The translations under genes were made by a program, and so were the position numbers. The notes beneath the pieces were generated by a model that was not told where the DNA came from, did no database searches, and was given only the letters and a program-made list of their open reading frames with translations. Positions 48,323 to 58,424 of a DNA stretch of 64,000 nt are shown here, one piece after another. Source of the stretch: a bacterium (GTDB lineage Bacteria > Zhuqueibacterota > Zhuqueibacteria > Residuimicrobiales > Krinioviventaceae); the NCBI GenBank assembly GCA_963693055.1, contig OY843751.1:1216001-1280000 (forward strand), read 5' to 3'. The first letter of the stretch is position 1, and every line of letters starts with the position of its first letter.

Positions 48323-49408
48323 ATGAAAAAAAATGTACGAATCTTTTTGCTGTTGTTGCTGGGTGTATTGCCTGTTTTTTCTGCTACATCGCTGGAACAG
48401 GATAAACCTTTGGAACTCTTGTTTATTGGAAGCAGCTATTTTAATTTTAATGATTTGCCGCACATGTTTCAAACGCTTACGCTATTTTCCGGTCACCCTG
48501 TACATGTTTCCGAGCAGATTACCAATGGACTCTTTTTGGCAGATCACGCTGCCAGTGCCAGTACAGAAGAAAAGATAAACTCGCGACGATGGGATTATGT
48601 AATATTGCAGGGTTCAGCTTCTCGAACAGCTTATCCCGATTATTATAAAGACAAACCTGCATTTAAAGCGCTTACCTTGCTCAAAAAGAAAATTTTAAAT
48701 AATTGCGATTCCACAAAGATTATTTTCTGTATGCCCTGGGCGTTCGAAGATGGCATGACCTGGGTGAAAGGATGGACCGATGACTATACAGATATGCAAT
48801 TGGAAATTTACAAAAACACATTGATTTGGTCAAAAAAGTTAGACATTTTGATTGCGCCTGTTGGGTGGGCATGGAATACCGTGCTGGAGGAAAAGGACTT
48901 TCCTCTGCATTATTTGCACAAAAGCGACTGGAACCACCCGACTGTGCGGGGTTCATATCTGACGGCTTGTGTTATCTATTCGACAATTTTCAAAAGTCCG
49001 GTTGTATACCCCTGGTTTAGTACGCTTGATGAGGAGGATGCAAAATATTACCAGGAGGTGGCGTCCAATACGGTTTTAGAGAATCTTGTGCTTTGGAATG
49101 TTGTAGATTTTATAGATGCAATTGATGAGACCTTTCAAACGCCAACCCGGTTTCAATTGTATCAAAATTACCCCAATCCCTTTAATCACAATACTCGCAT
49201 ACATTATACTGTATCCAATCCATCACACATTAAAATCGAAATTATAAATACGTCAGGACAAAGTGTCGCAGTCTTGGCGGACAGGTTCCATGAAAAAGGA
49301 GAATATTTTAAATCCTTTAATGCAGGCGAGTTGGCTACCGGGATCTATCTGTGCCGAACCAGCGGACCGAACGTCCAGCAAACAATCCAAATGTTGTATG
49401 TAAAATAA
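48323..49408 (+). CDS. Secreted SGNH-like hydrolase with T9SS type A-like CTD
   Basis: Signal peptide; LFIGSSY, WDYVILQ, APVGWAW, DWNHP..GSYL.AC; CTD LYQNYPNPFN...TGIYLC. Confidence 0.75.
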   Translation: MKKNVRIFLLLLLGVLPVFSATSLEQDKPLELLFIGSSYFNFNDLPHMFQTLTLFSGHPVHVSEQITNGLFLADHAASASTEEKINSRRWDYVILQGSASRTAYPDYYKDKPAFKALTLLKKKILNNCDSTKIIFCMPWAFEDGMTWVKGWTDDYTDMQLEIYKNTLIWSKKLDILIAPVGWAWNTVLEEKDFPLHYLHKSDWNHPTVRGSYLTACVIYSTIFKSPVVYPWFSTLDEEDAKYYQEVASNTVLENLVLWNVVDFIDAIDETFQTPTRFQLYQNYPNPFNHNTRIHYTVSNPSHIKIEIINTSGQSVAVLADRFHEKGEYFKSFNAGELATGIYLCRTSGPNVQQTIQMLYVK

Positions 49409-49431
49409 AACCTATAACCTGCAGGTGGATC

Positions 49432-51003
49432 ATGATGACAATAATAGATATGGATCACTATCAGCAACACCTGAAAGTAAGAGAACCGGGACGTTTGTCC
49501 CTGGTACATGAACTGTGGCTTCCCATGTTATTGTTTGCGGGAATGGGGGCCATTACCTGGGCCATACGCGGTACAGCAGGTTGGGGAGGTGTGGATGGTA
49601 CCATTTTATCCGGACTCACCTGGGGTTTGATTTGGTATTATTTGAGCAGACGCAAGGGCATTGACGCCAGCAGCATTGTATTCTGGCTGGGGATGGGCAT
49701 TGCTCTGGGTGGCGAATTGGGATACGGTCAGTATACCGGCTGGATTTTGGGTCGTTTTTCTGTGGGTGATGAGGTTCTGTCCATCTCTCCGTTCACGGGT
49801 TATTGGTGGTTCTTTCTCTGTGGTATTGGCTGGGCTGCACCCGGTGGAATCTTGTTGGGTTGGGCTCTGGGTGGACGCGTATCCACTGGTAAATGGATTA
49901 CCCGTATTCTGCTTATGATCCCCCTGCTCATCTTTTTATTCGCCTGGCCCATAGTGGATTGGTTTGCTGCGATATTTGTAAAAAACATACCGGGATTACT
50001 GTTTCCGCATGCGGATATGGGATTGTATGCGGGAGAACTTGACAAGCACCTTGGCCGGACCGTTTATACCAATTCTCAAAATTTTCTGGTGGTGGTCTGG
50101 TGGATAGCCGCATTGATCATTGCTGCTATTCATAAAGACAAAAAAACGCTGGTTTCCGGATTGATTATTGGTGGTGGATTCGGATTTGGTTTTATGCAGA
50201 GCGCAGCTTGGTGTCTGGGATACGGTTCGGCACGAGGTTACATGGACTGGTGGAAAGTGTGGGAAATCAATTCCGGTTTTAATTTAGGTGTTCTCTATGC
50301 CATTGTCTGGTACTGGTCCATTAAACAGCTTGATAAACAGCAATTGGGTAAAGATAATGCCATGTCAGATGGTCCGGTTGAGGCTATTGCGCTGAACCGA
50401 AAACGCATGGATACAATTTTGATGACCATTGCAGGATTTGTTTTGATTTATTTTGCCGGATTTGAATATTTTCCACAAACAGGCATGTTTCTCTGTTTGT
50501 TTTTTGCTGCGGCAATGCTGCTGACATTAAGGTTACGAGAAAAAAATGTTGATTTATTATCTGTTACAGAGCGTAGGAACCAGATCCTCTTGATTTTTAG
50601 TGCATTTTTACTGGTATTTCTGCTGTTTCATGGCGGATCGGAACGGGCTGGAGTGATTATGGAGCTCTACGGTCCCGATGCAGTGGACCAGTACGCCTGG
50701 CCAGTGGCTCGTATCATTCTGTTTGCACCGGTTGCGTTGATTATTACGGGTGTTGCAGTATATCGAATATGGCAGGTGTTAAAAGTGAAAAGATTTGAAC
50801 ACGTGACCGCTACGTCAACTTTATCCAATCGGATGGCAGATTTGTTTATGGTAACCGGTTTTATTGGGGCACTGTCTATCTGGCCGGCCAAGATTGGGGT
50901 GCTATACGCATTGATTATGATTTTTGTGATTTTTGCTCATACCCGCCTTGAACAGCGCTTTGCGTATATTGACGGCACATTGGGTGATGGAGGCGATTTA
51001 TAG
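49432..51003 (+). CDS. Hypothetical polytopic membrane protein
   Basis: Long ORF with many Gly/Trp-rich hydrophobic segments. ATG at 49432 follows AGGTGG. Confidence 0.7.
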   Translation: MMTIIDMDHYQQHLKVREPGRLSLVHELWLPMLLFAGMGAITWAIRGTAGWGGVDGTILSGLTWGLIWYYLSRRKGIDASSIVFWLGMGIALGGELGYGQYTGWILGRFSVGDEVLSISPFTGYWWFFLCGIGWAAPGGILLGWALGGRVSTGKWITRILLMIPLLIFLFAWPIVDWFAAIFVKNIPGLLFPHADMGLYAGELDKHLGRTVYTNSQNFLVVVWWIAALIIAAIHKDKKTLVSGLIIGGGFGFGFMQSAAWCLGYGSARGYMDWWKVWEINSGFNLGVLYAIVWYWSIKQLDKQQLGKDNAMSDGPVEAIALNRKRMDTILMTIAGFVLIYFAGFEYFPQTGMFLCLFFAAAMLLTLRLREKNVDLLSVTERRNQILLIFSAFLLVFLLFHGGSERAGVIMELYGPDAVDQYAWPVARIILFAPVALIITGVAVYRIWQVLKVKRFEHVTATSTLSNRMADLFMVTGFIGALSIWPAKIGVLYALIMIFVIFAHTRLEQRFAYIDGTLGDGGDL

Positions 51004-51034
51004 TTTTTTGGATCTTTTTTAACGTTACAACCCA

Positions 51035-51124
51035 GATCGCCCGGTATATTCATGCCGGGCGGGATATATTTCAGGACATTTGTCCAAAAAAATATACCGG
51101 GATGCAGGGACCTGCATCGCGATC
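51035..51124. repeat. Complete copy of the ~90-bp three-hairpin element (GATCG...CGATC)
   Basis: GATCG-CCCGGTAT/ATGCCGGG-CGGGATATA...GGACA/TGTCC...AATATACCG-GGATGCAG/CTGCATCG-CGATC. Same layout as the 43771-44082 copies. Confidence 0.75.
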
Positions 51125-51132
51125 ATTTAATT

Positions 51133-51203
51133 CACCACAGATGAACGCAGATTAACGCAGATAGATATTTTGTTCTCCCGCCCAAGTTTCACTTGGGTGG
51201 GAA
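51133..51203. repeat. 10-bp tandem repeat (ACAGATGAAC GCAGATTAAC GCAGAT) followed by a REP-like hairpin
   Basis: About 3 units of (A/C)AC(A/G)CAGAT(G/T) at 51133-51162; TCCCGCCCAAGT / ACTTGGGTGGGA hairpin at 51176-51202. Confidence 0.65.
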
Positions 51204-51372
51204 ATTTGATAGGATGCTTTACTTTCCGATAAATTGGGTATATATCAGGTTTGAACTATTCATGTAATCTGACTGGTCTATCCTGTCCCAATATTTCTGT
51301 CCATTCGATAACTGGATGCTGGATCAGAGGAAAAACGATATGAACCAATAAATTAATATTGGAGAGATATTT

Positions 51373-52353
51373 TTGAGAAAAAATATTTTATTACTTTTAT
51401 ATTCACTTTTGATTTTATTAGAATGTCAATTTCAACCTCCTGAAGGATTTATTGAAATCATAAATAACAATATTTTCCTTTGTCGAAATAATATGATTAT
51501 TGTTTTTAAAAAAGAACCATTACAGTATTTAGGGATTATTAAAACAAAAGGGATTGCAAATTCTTTATATTGGGAGGAAAACCATTTTATATTTTGTGAT
51601 GAAACTGGATTTACAATATTGGAGATGAATGATCCCCAAAATCCTAATTTTATTTATAAAAAAGCCTTGCCTGAAAAACTTGTTATTAGTAAAAGATATG
51701 ATAAACGGCTATTTGTAGCATCTTCAAATCTGATAAGAATATTTGATTTTGTTAAAATTAATGAGCCTGTTAAAATTTTTGAAATTGATACCAAAAGTGA
51801 AAATAAAATAATTGATATAGAGTTTTATAATAATAACTTGTATGTATTATTTGACAATGGATATATTTCTTGTTTTAATTATAAAAATGATCAATTGTTA
51901 TTTGTAAACAAATTTCAACATTTGTTTGACAATAATATGGATTGTCAATATAATGATGTCTTTGTTAAAAATGATTTTTTATATGTATTAATTACTGAAC
52001 CTAAAAAAGTAATGAAAAGTATTATTGCATTCAAGGTATTCAACAATAATAGTCTTGAATATTATGATATATTTTCATTTGGAATAAATGAAAATATCAC
52101 AATTTCAGATGATAATTTAATTATTGCATACGATGGTTATCATATTAAATTTTATGATTTTCATAGAGAAATACCTCAATATATTTGTAAATCAAGTTTT
52201 TATGATTTCCGAATTATTAATTCTAATGATGATAAAGAATTATGGCTAAATAATTATGAAGAAATTGTAGGTTATAATATTTCAAATCCATGCAAACCAA
52301 CATTAATAGATAAATTACAAGGGAAAATCAAGATTCACTATTTATATGAGTAA
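51373..52353 (+). CDS. AT-rich hypothetical protein, LVIVD-repeat-like beta-propeller
   Basis: GFTILEMNDPQNPNFI, IRIFDFVKINEPV, VGYNISNPCKPTLI; N-terminal hydrophobic stretch ending in Cys; TTG start after GGAGAG. Confidence 0.55.
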   Translation: MRKNILLLLYSLLILLECQFQPPEGFIEIINNNIFLCRNNMIIVFKKEPLQYLGIIKTKGIANSLYWEENHFIFCDETGFTILEMNDPQNPNFIYKKALPEKLVISKRYDKRLFVASSNLIRIFDFVKINEPVKIFEIDTKSENKIIDIEFYNNNLYVLFDNGYISCFNYKNDQLLFVNKFQHLFDNNMDCQYNDVFVKNDFLYVLITEPKKVMKSIIAFKVFNNNSLEYYDIFSFGINENITISDDNLIIAYDGYHIKFYDFHREIPQYICKSSFYDFRIINSNDDKELWLNNYEEIVGYNISNPCKPTLIDKLQGKIKIHYLYE

Positions 52354-52465
52354 TTGTTTTTCTCAAGTCTTAATATCAGCCCACCTGACGGCGGGCAATC
52401 CCATTGAAATGGGACATACAGAATAACCAGGTAATCTATAATCTAACCAGAATCGAGATTCTAAC

Positions 52466-55400
52466 ATGGACCGTTATTTATTCGTTTTGTCAAGAAGCAC
52501 AGTCGTATTGTTTATTATTTTTGTATTTATCGTAATTCCCACATGTCTTTTTGCTTTGCCCAATGGTGTGTTTGAATTAGAGACTGAGGTGTTTATTAAA
52601 GACTGGCTCATCTGCGGTCCATTTCCCGGTGACAGTGATGCCGGAGTGGGGATAGAAACGGATTTTTTAACAGAGCATGGCGGTGAAACCGGAATCGTCC
52701 CGACTGTATCTATGCAGCATTCGAGTGCATCTGTTCCGGCCGGTAGTGTCTCCTGGAAGTACGTTAAAGCCGATGATACCGGAAAACTCGATTTTACCCA
52801 GCATTTGGAACCCAATCAAAGGCATGTTGCTTATGCGTCCGCAGTTATTCATTGTACAAAAGAGACCTATGCACTGCTCAAAACCGGCAGCAACGATGGT
52901 TTGAAAATATGGTTCAACGGGCAGCCTGTATATAACAGTCCTGCACCGAGAAGCACCGGTCCGGATGAAGACCACATTCCGGTTGTGCTGAAAAAAGGCG
53001 ACAACCTGCTGCTGGTAAAAGTTGATCAGGTGGGAGGTCGCTGGTGGTTATACGGCCGTTTTGAAGAAATGCGTTCCGTGGGAAATCGTCTCTTTTTTAC
53101 AGAGCCCTTAGTGGCTTCTGTTCCACAGAGTGAATCCCAGACCACTGTAATCGATGTTTTTTCAGTATTGGCAACCAATCCGACAAACAATCCTGTTGGT
53201 CCGGTTTATTTTGATGTCATGGCTGGCAAGGGGAGAATAGCGAACCGTGTAAATTGCGGTACGGTTGAGCCGGGTGAGAGCAAATGGCTCATTGCCGAAT
53301 CTGAAGCGGATGTGTCTGATGGCGGAAAATTCATTGATGCGGAAATTCAGATTTCTTCAGGCAAAGATAAAACCAGCGTGCGCGTAAAGCGGCAACGTCC
53401 CAATCCGCCTCAATATCCTGATCTGCAAGTGTATATTGTTCCGCACTCTCATGCAGACTTGTCTTGGCCGCATACACCGGAGGTCAGCACAAATTTGAAT
53501 GTGCAGGCTGTATCCGAATCTATAAACATCTTGAAAGCGTTGCCGGAATTTAAATTCTCTGAAGAAGATGTATTTGTGTTTGAAGAGTTTCTACGCCGGA
53601 ACCCTGATCGGTTGGAAGAGGTAAGAGACCTATTGAACAAAAATATTCTGGAATGTGGTGGATTCTATTTTGGCCCGAGCGAGCTTTTGTTGGGTGGCGA
53701 AGGCCTGGTGCGAAATATCTATTATGGCAAGCACTGGCTTTTGGATACCTTTGGTATTGATACGGATTTTGCCTGGAACCTGGATGAACCGGGACATACC
53801 CTGCAAATGCCACAGATTTTGACCAAGGCGGGAATCGATAAATTCGTGATTTGGAAAGTGTTGTTAAGACCCGAAAACAATTTGAACGTTACGGGTTATG
53901 TAGGACCGAATATCTTCCGCTGGCAGTCCCCGGATGGATCTGATGTTCTGGTTACCCATTGCCCCGAGGAATACGGTATTGGAAAAATGTTGCGTACCGA
54001 TTCATTCTTTTCGGCATCAAAGCAATTTAGTGATTTTGTACAGCGGGAGATCAAACATAATAACGAGTGGGATCTTCCGCCGGTTATCATGATGGCGGAT
54101 GGCTCGGACTGTACAATTCCTGATCCACGTGTCGGGCAAAACGCTAGGCTGTGGAACCAGATGTACCGTTTCCCGAATGTAAAAATTGGGTCTGTTGCCC
54201 AATATTTTGATGCCGTTGAAAATGCAGTTGAGCAAGGCAAGGGTACAATTCAAACCATAAACGGTGAATTCCCCTGCTGGTGGGCCGGCACTCAGTCCGT
54301 TGAAAATGATGCGTTTATGCTATCAAGACGCGCCGAAGCCATAGTGACAGCTGCCGAAAAATTCTCTACTGTCAATGATTTGCTTTTTCCGGATTACGAG
54401 TATCCCCAATATGCCATTGAGAATGTATGGAAGGGCAAGCTTTGGGTACATGAGCACAACTGGGGCGGTACAGACGGTGATATCAGCGATGCAATAAAGC
54501 TTGCCAGAAGCAGGGAAACCTATCGTCTTGCAGATGATCTGCATAAAAACACGCTCGGTACTCTGGTCTCCAATATTCGATACAAAGATCTGGGAATTCC
54601 GCTGGTAATATTTAACAGCCTGACCTGGGACCGTACAGATATTGTTGATGAGATTGTTGCAGTGGATGAAAAAGGCATCACTGAGCTCTGTTTGCTGGAT
54701 GGTTCGGGAAAAGAGGTCCCCGTGCAAACAAACGTGTTGGCTGAAAATAAAGATGGTAGTATTGCCCGAGCGCAGGTTGTATTTGAAGCGAGTGTACCAT
54801 CAATGGGTTACGCAACTTATTATCTTGCTCCGGGAGCAAACCATAGCAGGTCAGAGCTCATTGCGAATGAAACGATTTTGGAGAATGGATATTTCCAAGT
54901 CAGCATTGATCCCGAATCTGGTGGAATTTCCAGTATTTATGATAAGCAAAATGAGACTGAAATTCTCGACACATCCGTATACAAGGGCAATGAACTCATT
55001 GCGCTGGAGAATTTTGGTGTGGATGAAGGTGAAGAATTCAGCGACAACTGGTGGAGAATGAGCGAGGATCCGGTAACGGTGACGCTGGTCGAGTCCGGCC
55101 CCATCCGGGCAACATTACGCATTGCCGGTAAAATTTTAAATTCCAGTTGGGAACAGGACATTTCTCTGTATGCCGGCTTACCCAAGATTGATATAAAAAC
55201 AATATTGGACTGGGACGGGCAAAAAGAAATTCAGATCAATTCCACATTCCCGTTTAGCCTTGAAAATCCCAGGCTCACTTATGAAGTCCCATTTAGTCAG
55301 GTTGAATATGGCGATGAGAGTCCTGCGGCAATGGCGAGCCATCCCACAGTGAGGGCCACCAATAACTGGATCAATTTATCAAATACGGATATGGGAATAA

Positions 55401-56050
55401 CCCTTGCTACTGAAGTAACCCCATTTGATTGTAAAGATCGAAGGGATCCGCGTTTTCATGATGCCAGAGTGATCAAGGGAGAATGGGAAAAAAGTCGTTT
55501 TTCAATATACAACGGGGAAGACTATACTGTACACAAGCGGATTGCACTGCAAGATCCTGTGTTATTGGAAACGGATTTTGTAATCCAGCCTATTCTTTTG
55601 CGAAGCGTGTTTAGTTGTGGTGATCCTAATCTCTTTTTTACCCAGGAAGGCAAACATGATTATCGGTTTGCAATTACGACACATAATGGCTCCTTGATCT
55701 CGCATGATGCAGTGCGGTTTGGTTGGGAACACAATACCCCGTTTTGGGTAGAGCGTGGCAAAGCATCAGCAGGTAACCTGTCAGATTCAGATACTTTTAT
55801 AAATATTTCTTCACCGAATGTTTTAGTGTCCATAATCAAGAAAGCGGAGGATGGCAATGGTTATGTTTTACGATGTTATGAGACAGACGGAAAAGATACG
55901 AATGTTACGTTGACGTTTAACACATTATTAAAATCAGCAGAACATACCAATATTATTGAACAGCATGGAGAACCCGTCAGGATTAAAGATGGCAAACTGG
56001 ATTTCCATATAGGGCATCACGCTATTGAAACATTTAGATTGTTTTTTTGA
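52466..56050 (+). CDS. GH38 alpha-mannosidase family protein with an N-terminal beta-sandwich domain
   Basis: VPHSHADLSW, GEGLVRNIYYG, WNLDEPGH..QMPQIL, FRWQSPDGS, VIFNSLTWDR, VPSMGY, IKKAEDG..YVLRCYE. N-terminal WLICGPF...GSNDGLKIWFNG...LKKGDNLLLVKV domain. Confidence 0.88.
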   Translation: MDRYLFVLSRSTVVLFIIFVFIVIPTCLFALPNGVFELETEVFIKDWLICGPFPGDSDAGVGIETDFLTEHGGETGIVPTVSMQHSSASVPAGSVSWKYVKADDTGKLDFTQHLEPNQRHVAYASAVIHCTKETYALLKTGSNDGLKIWFNGQPVYNSPAPRSTGPDEDHIPVVLKKGDNLLLVKVDQVGGRWWLYGRFEEMRSVGNRLFFTEPLVASVPQSESQTTVIDVFSVLATNPTNNPVGPVYFDVMAGKGRIANRVNCGTVEPGESKWLIAESEADVSDGGKFIDAEIQISSGKDKTSVRVKRQRPNPPQYPDLQVYIVPHSHADLSWPHTPEVSTNLNVQAVSESINILKALPEFKFSEEDVFVFEEFLRRNPDRLEEVRDLLNKNILECGGFYFGPSELLLGGEGLVRNIYYGKHWLLDTFGIDTDFAWNLDEPGHTLQMPQILTKAGIDKFVIWKVLLRPENNLNVTGYVGPNIFRWQSPDGSDVLVTHCPEEYGIGKMLRTDSFFSASKQFSDFVQREIKHNNEWDLPPVIMMADGSDCTIPDPRVGQNARLWNQMYRFPNVKIGSVAQYFDAVENAVEQGKGTIQTINGEFPCWWAGTQSVENDAFMLSRRAEAIVTAAEKFSTVNDLLFPDYEYPQYAIENVWKGKLWVHEHNWGGTDGDISDAIKLARSRETYRLADDLHKNTLGTLVSNIRYKDLGIPLVIFNSLTWDRTDIVDEIVAVDEKGITELCLLDGSGKEVPVQTNVLAENKDGSIARAQVVFEASVPSMGYATYYLAPGANHSRSELIANETILENGYFQVSIDPESGGISSIYDKQNETEILDTSVYKGNELIALENFGVDEGEEFSDNWWRMSEDPVTVTLVESGPIRATLRIAGKILNSSWEQDISLYAGLPKIDIKTILDWDGQKEIQINSTFPFSLENPRLTYEVPFSQVEYGDESPAAMASHPTVRATNNWINLSNTDMGITLATEVTPFDCKDRRDPRFHDARVIKGEWEKSRFSIYNGEDYTVHKRIALQDPVLLETDFVIQPILLRSVFSCGDPNLFFTQEGKHDYRFAITTHNGSLISHDAVRFGWEHNTPFWVERGKASAGNLSDSDTFINISSPNVLVSIIKKAEDGNGYVLRCYETDGKDTNVTLTFNTLLKSAEHTNIIEQHGEPVRIKDGKLDFHIGHHAIETFRLFF

Positions 56051-56147
56051 TGTGAATTGATAATTGTAAATAATGATTTCATATTTTGAAATTATGTCAG
56101 CAAATAAAAATACTCAAAATCGAACAAAAAACACGAGGAAAGCGGAA

Positions 56148-58319
56148 ATGAAAAGAATGAGTATAGTTGTGACACTGTTGTTGGTATTATTGTTTCAAAT
56201 GACACTGGCGAAAGATAAAGCTGATTATCCGATTGGAAAGCCCGGAACCAGTTTGAAATATACTTTGAAAGCAGATGGAATACAAACGTCGAATGTAAAG
56301 AATGTTGAATTAACTGCTGGTGATGTAATTGAAAAGCAGGGTGCAAAAGTACAATGGCTTCAATTGCGTGCTCAAAAAGTGAATCATGAGACATTTTCAG
56401 TATACTTGCTTGCCAAATCTTATCCTTCTGCATCTTTGGAACAAGCGGAAACAGAGGTTGTGAGATATATTGTTTCCATTCCCGGCAAAGATGCCATTGA
56501 ATTTTTGGATCAGAATAGTGGAGCTGCCATTCTGCCCAATACCGGTGCGTGGAAATTTCTTTTCCCCGGTCTTGTGAACAATGTGAATCCTTTTGAAGGC
56601 AAGGTTAAAAAAATAAAATACCTGGGACTCGAGTATGTACTTGATAGTAAAAAGAAGACAGACATACCGTCAATTCCTGAATCATGTAAGAAAATAGAGC
56701 TGACTCCCGATCTGCTTATTGGAGTTCCTCATAATAAAAAAGTAAAAAATGAAACCCGACGGTATGATGAATCCGATTACGAGTATATAGAACTCACAAA
56801 GGACAATTATTTTGAAATGATTGATCATGGCATGAATGTGTTTAATGTGAATGCAGAGCAGGTTAAATGGATAGAGAATGAAAATGTCTATTATTGGGGA
56901 ATAGGTGGTAAAGATATTGATTATCCCGAACATCTTTACAAGAGCAACTATGTAGGACCTGCTATTTTCTTTGATGAGCCCATGGTGCATGTACGTGATT
57001 ATATCATTAAACCCAAATTCAGAGAGAATCCTGAATTACGCAAAAGCATTACACCTGAATACTATTTTCAGGAATTTAAACAAGAATACCATGAAGCAAA
57101 ATATGAACGCTCAACCGTGTATTTGATAAAAGGATTAAAAGACCGTAATGATATAGACCTGGGTGATATGGATTTTTTACAGCAGAATGTCTATTCCTGG
57201 GAAACCATGATCAGTTCTGCCATATATCAATTGACTGAAGGGGACCCGACAACTCCCGCCGCAATTGTATTTGAACCTCCCGGTCGTCTTGGTGCAAGAC
57301 GTGTATTGCCTGAGCTGAACATGTGTTTTGACTGCCAGATACCTACGGATGATCCCAAGAATATGATTGGTATGATCAAGGGATTTGCCCGGGGTGCTGC
57401 CAGAGTTGCCGACAAAGAATGGGGAATTAGTATCTATGGACAGGTAATTCGTTCGGAAGCCTATTGGTACATGACGCATGCGTATGATCAGGGCGCCACC
57501 CGCTTCTTTTACTGGGATTCTTATCAACTCGCTGCTGTTCCGTATAGTGAGTATTTGTCGCTTTCCAAAAACCTGAGAGAATATGCGAAGAACTTTCCTC
57601 GCAAGGATGTGGAAAAGCTTAGATATGATGCAGAGGTCGCCATAGTAATACCAACAGGATACAATCTGGGGCATGTCAAGATGGGTATTGGGAATTTTAG
57701 TGGTATGGGCGAAATGAACATGGAACGCAAAAATGAATTTGGCATAAAATACCGTGATGTGATGAATAATTTTTATACCGAGGTTGAGCGCTGCATCCGG
57801 TTGGGAATTGAATATGATCTGTTTTGGGGAATAGACGGACTCGAGTTGGAGGGATACCGCGAAATTGTAACCATACGTAAAGACGGTAAAGTTGAAATCG
57901 TTCAAAATGGAAATTCTCATATATTGGATTCTGCCAGAACACCTGAACGACCTGCCGGTGATGCACCGGAACTGGTTGTTGATATCGATCAGACGGGTAC
58001 CAGTGCGCCTGGTACTATAACGGCACGAGCAAATGTAAAACAAGGCTCTGCACCTGTGTATTATACCCAGGGTGCAAATAAAGAAGGGATTTACAGAAAT
58101 ACCTATGTTTTGTGGGAACTGTATGGTCCGGGTGAAGAAGATTATACGGATTTCTGGAATGAAAGATGGGATGTAGATGTGTCTGAAAAAGATGATGCGG
58201 CAACTGTAGAGATAAAATTTACCCTTGATAAACCGGGAAGTTATCGGCTACGCGTATCAGCTTGTGATGTGGCGGGCAGAAGTTCAGTTGTTTGGAAAAA
58301 TATAACTGTTGCAGAATAG
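56148..58319 (+). CDS. Secreted hypothetical protein, possible glycoside hydrolase
   Basis: Signal peptide from ATG at 56148 (after GAGGA); FFDEP; AYDQGATRFFYWD; AEVAIVIP; C-terminal Ig/PKD-like PGSYRLRVSACD. Confidence 0.6.
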   Translation: MKRMSIVVTLLLVLLFQMTLAKDKADYPIGKPGTSLKYTLKADGIQTSNVKNVELTAGDVIEKQGAKVQWLQLRAQKVNHETFSVYLLAKSYPSASLEQAETEVVRYIVSIPGKDAIEFLDQNSGAAILPNTGAWKFLFPGLVNNVNPFEGKVKKIKYLGLEYVLDSKKKTDIPSIPESCKKIELTPDLLIGVPHNKKVKNETRRYDESDYEYIELTKDNYFEMIDHGMNVFNVNAEQVKWIENENVYYWGIGGKDIDYPEHLYKSNYVGPAIFFDEPMVHVRDYIIKPKFRENPELRKSITPEYYFQEFKQEYHEAKYERSTVYLIKGLKDRNDIDLGDMDFLQQNVYSWETMISSAIYQLTEGDPTTPAAIVFEPPGRLGARRVLPELNMCFDCQIPTDDPKNMIGMIKGFARGAARVADKEWGISIYGQVIRSEAYWYMTHAYDQGATRFFYWDSYQLAAVPYSEYLSLSKNLREYAKNFPRKDVEKLRYDAEVAIVIPTGYNLGHVKMGIGNFSGMGEMNMERKNEFGIKYRDVMNNFYTEVERCIRLGIEYDLFWGIDGLELEGYREIVTIRKDGKVEIVQNGNSHILDSARTPERPAGDAPELVVDIDQTGTSAPGTITARANVKQGSAPVYYTQGANKEGIYRNTYVLWELYGPGEEDYTDFWNERWDVDVSEKDDAATVEIKFTLDKPGSYRLRVSACDVAGRSSVVWKNITVAE

Positions 58320-58424
58320 CAGCCATTAGATTTGAATGATAACATCTGGAATGGAATTGAAATGAAAAAAAATATATATACGAGTTGATGGAATAGATAT
58401 TATTTTTTTAAATTCGGGTTTATT

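Noticed and set aside
57177-58043. 288-aa antisense ORF
   Set aside because: Lies fully within a longer sense CDS that has a signal peptide; no recognisable motif.
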